Shown here: piece after piece, positions 43,329 through 44,340 of the stretch
Numbering within the stretch: position 1 is the stretch's first letter
How the letters are laid out: every line of letters starts with the position of its first letter
Assembly: GCA_027062325.1 (NCBI GenBank)
Contig: JAMOTN010000028.1
Coordinates: 1-44,340, forward strand
Direction of reading: 5' to 3'
DNA from: a bacterium
GTDB taxonomy: Bacteria > JAMOTN01
Length of the DNA stretch: 44,340 nt
The notes under the pieces: generated by a model
What the model was told of the DNA's origin: nothing
Seen by the model: the letters and a program-made list of their open reading frames with translations, nothing else
The model's database searches: none
Made by a program: the position numbers and the translations under genes

Positions 43329-43859
43329 ATGGCTATCACTGGTGAAGAGGAAAGATTAGTGAAGCGTTTGAAGGAACTATTGATACCTCTTTTAGAGGAT
43401 ATGAGTTTAGTTCTTTATGAAATTGAGTATAGGAGAGGTAATCCTGGACATTTGCGTGTTTTTGTGGAGAGAGAAGATGGCTCTTCGCCTACAGTTGGTG
43501 AGTGTGAGAGATTGAGCAATATGTACAGCTTAGTCTTGGATGCTGAAGATCTTATAGATCATCGTTATTACTTAGAGGTTTCCTCTCCGGGGGTTGAAAG
43601 AAAGTTAAGGAATAGAGCAGATTTTGAAAGGTATATTGGCTATAGAGTACGAGTTAAATTGACTAAGAAGTTAGGAGCTAGTAGTCAATATACTGGTATG
43701 CTACGGGATGTTAAAAATGAGAGCTTTTTGATAGAAGTTGCTGGAAAAATTTATGAGATACCATTTGACCTGGTCAAGAGTGCAAAGTTGAAGTTTACAA
43801 CTGAAGAATTATTTGAAATAGCTAAGAAGAAAAGAGAGGGGGAAGGTGAGGGAAGATGA
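43329..43859 (+). CDS. rimP: Ribosome maturation factor RimP
   Basis: LRVFVE, CERLS..LD, YYLEVSSPGVERKL. ATG 43329 after GAGGTG. Confidence 0.95.
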   Translation: MAITGEEERLVKRLKELLIPLLEDMSLVLYEIEYRRGNPGHLRVFVEREDGSSPTVGECERLSNMYSLVLDAEDLIDHRYYLEVSSPGVERKLRNRADFERYIGYRVRVKLTKKLGASSQYTGMLRDVKNESFLIEVAGKIYEIPFDLVKSAKLKFTTEELFEIAKKKREGEGEGR

Positions 43860-44340
43860 TAGACAAAGAGGCTTTCTTTGAGGCATTTGAAGACATAATA
43901 AAGGAGTACAAGCTTGGTGAAAACGAACTTTTAGCCATACTTGGAAGGGCATTGACAAAGGCTTATGAAAAGTCACTTGAGCGAGAAGGAAAGCTTCCTA
44001 AAGACAAGAAGCGAAGAAAAGAAAGCGGTATAAAGTTGACGCTTATGCTAGATGCAACCAAGAAAAAGTTTCAGGTTTATCAGGTTAAAAAGGTTGTAAA
44101 GGAGGTTAAAAATCCGCTTGCTGAAGTGGCTTATGACGAGGTTGTTAAGAAAAATAAGAAAATAAAGGAGGGTATGGAGTTATTATTTCCATTCAATTTA
44201 GAAGATTTCTCCAGAGTGTCTGTAAGTATTATAAGGCAGATAATGATACAGGAGTTGAATGAAAGAAAGAAAGGATTAATGGCAGAAAAGATAAGGGAAT
44301 TAAAAGGAAAGTTGGTAAGAGGAAAAGTGTGGCGCATAAC
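43856..44340 (+). CDS. nusA: Transcription termination factor NusA, 5' part only
   Basis: ATGA overlap with rimP; hand translation MIDKEAFFEAFEDIIKEYKL..ALTKAYEK..KKVVKEVKNP..FSRVSVSIIRQIMIQEL..GKLVRGKV matches the NusA NTD and S1 start. Confidence 0.88.
   Translation, partial: MIDKEAFFEAFEDIIKEYKLGENELLAILGRALTKAYEKSLEREGKLPKDKKRRKESGIKLTLMLDATKKKFQVYQVKKVVKEVKNPLAEVAYDEVVKKNKKIKEGMELLFPFNLEDFSRVSVSIIRQIMIQELNERKKGLMAEKIRELKGKLVRGKVWRI

Noticed and set aside
1-44340. CRISPR array, tRNA/rRNA, IS element, or stop-codon reassignment/selenocysteine
   Set aside because: No regularly spaced repeats, cloverleafs or transposase motifs seen; TGA and TAG end genes at expected family lengths.

Overview
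Gene-dense, AT-rich bacterial chromosome segment in the standard genetic code. I found no rRNA, tRNA, CRISPR array, IS element or prophage. The organism looks like a deep-branching diderm, possibly thermophilic: outer-membrane barrel, pilin and O-antigen-ligase-like genes occur together with HprK and WhiA (inference). Layout: (1) a secreted-protein gene on the - strand at 1-879, cut by the window edge and missed by the ORF track; (2) a long + strand run: murA, ppx-like, rarA, xer recombinase, SprA-like barrel, propeller/TPR protein, FUN14, secD, secF, secreted amphipathic protein, NHL lipoprotein, family-4 UDG, membrane hypothetical, recJ, apt, HEAT, TPR, GspG-like pilin, hprK, whiA, cupin, two lipoproteins, radical SAM and its DUF2344 partner; (3) a - strand run: aldehyde dehydrogenase, pmbA-like, mutS, O-antigen-ligase/TPR, dnaX, alaS and a PilO/PilP-like pair; (4) the rimP-nusA operon start with a leader hairpin. 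Best leads: a compact SprA(T9SS translocon)-like barrel clustered with TPR/propeller, FUN14 and SecDF genes next to a secreted amphipathic protein (candidate export system); a -1 frameshift-like cassette (A_AAA_AAG, stop, 7-nt spacer, stem-loop) joining the radical SAM and DUF2344 genes; and a DnaX ending in an SSB-like acidic tail (EDEDVVPF). All family assignments come from motif recognition by eye, without database searches.
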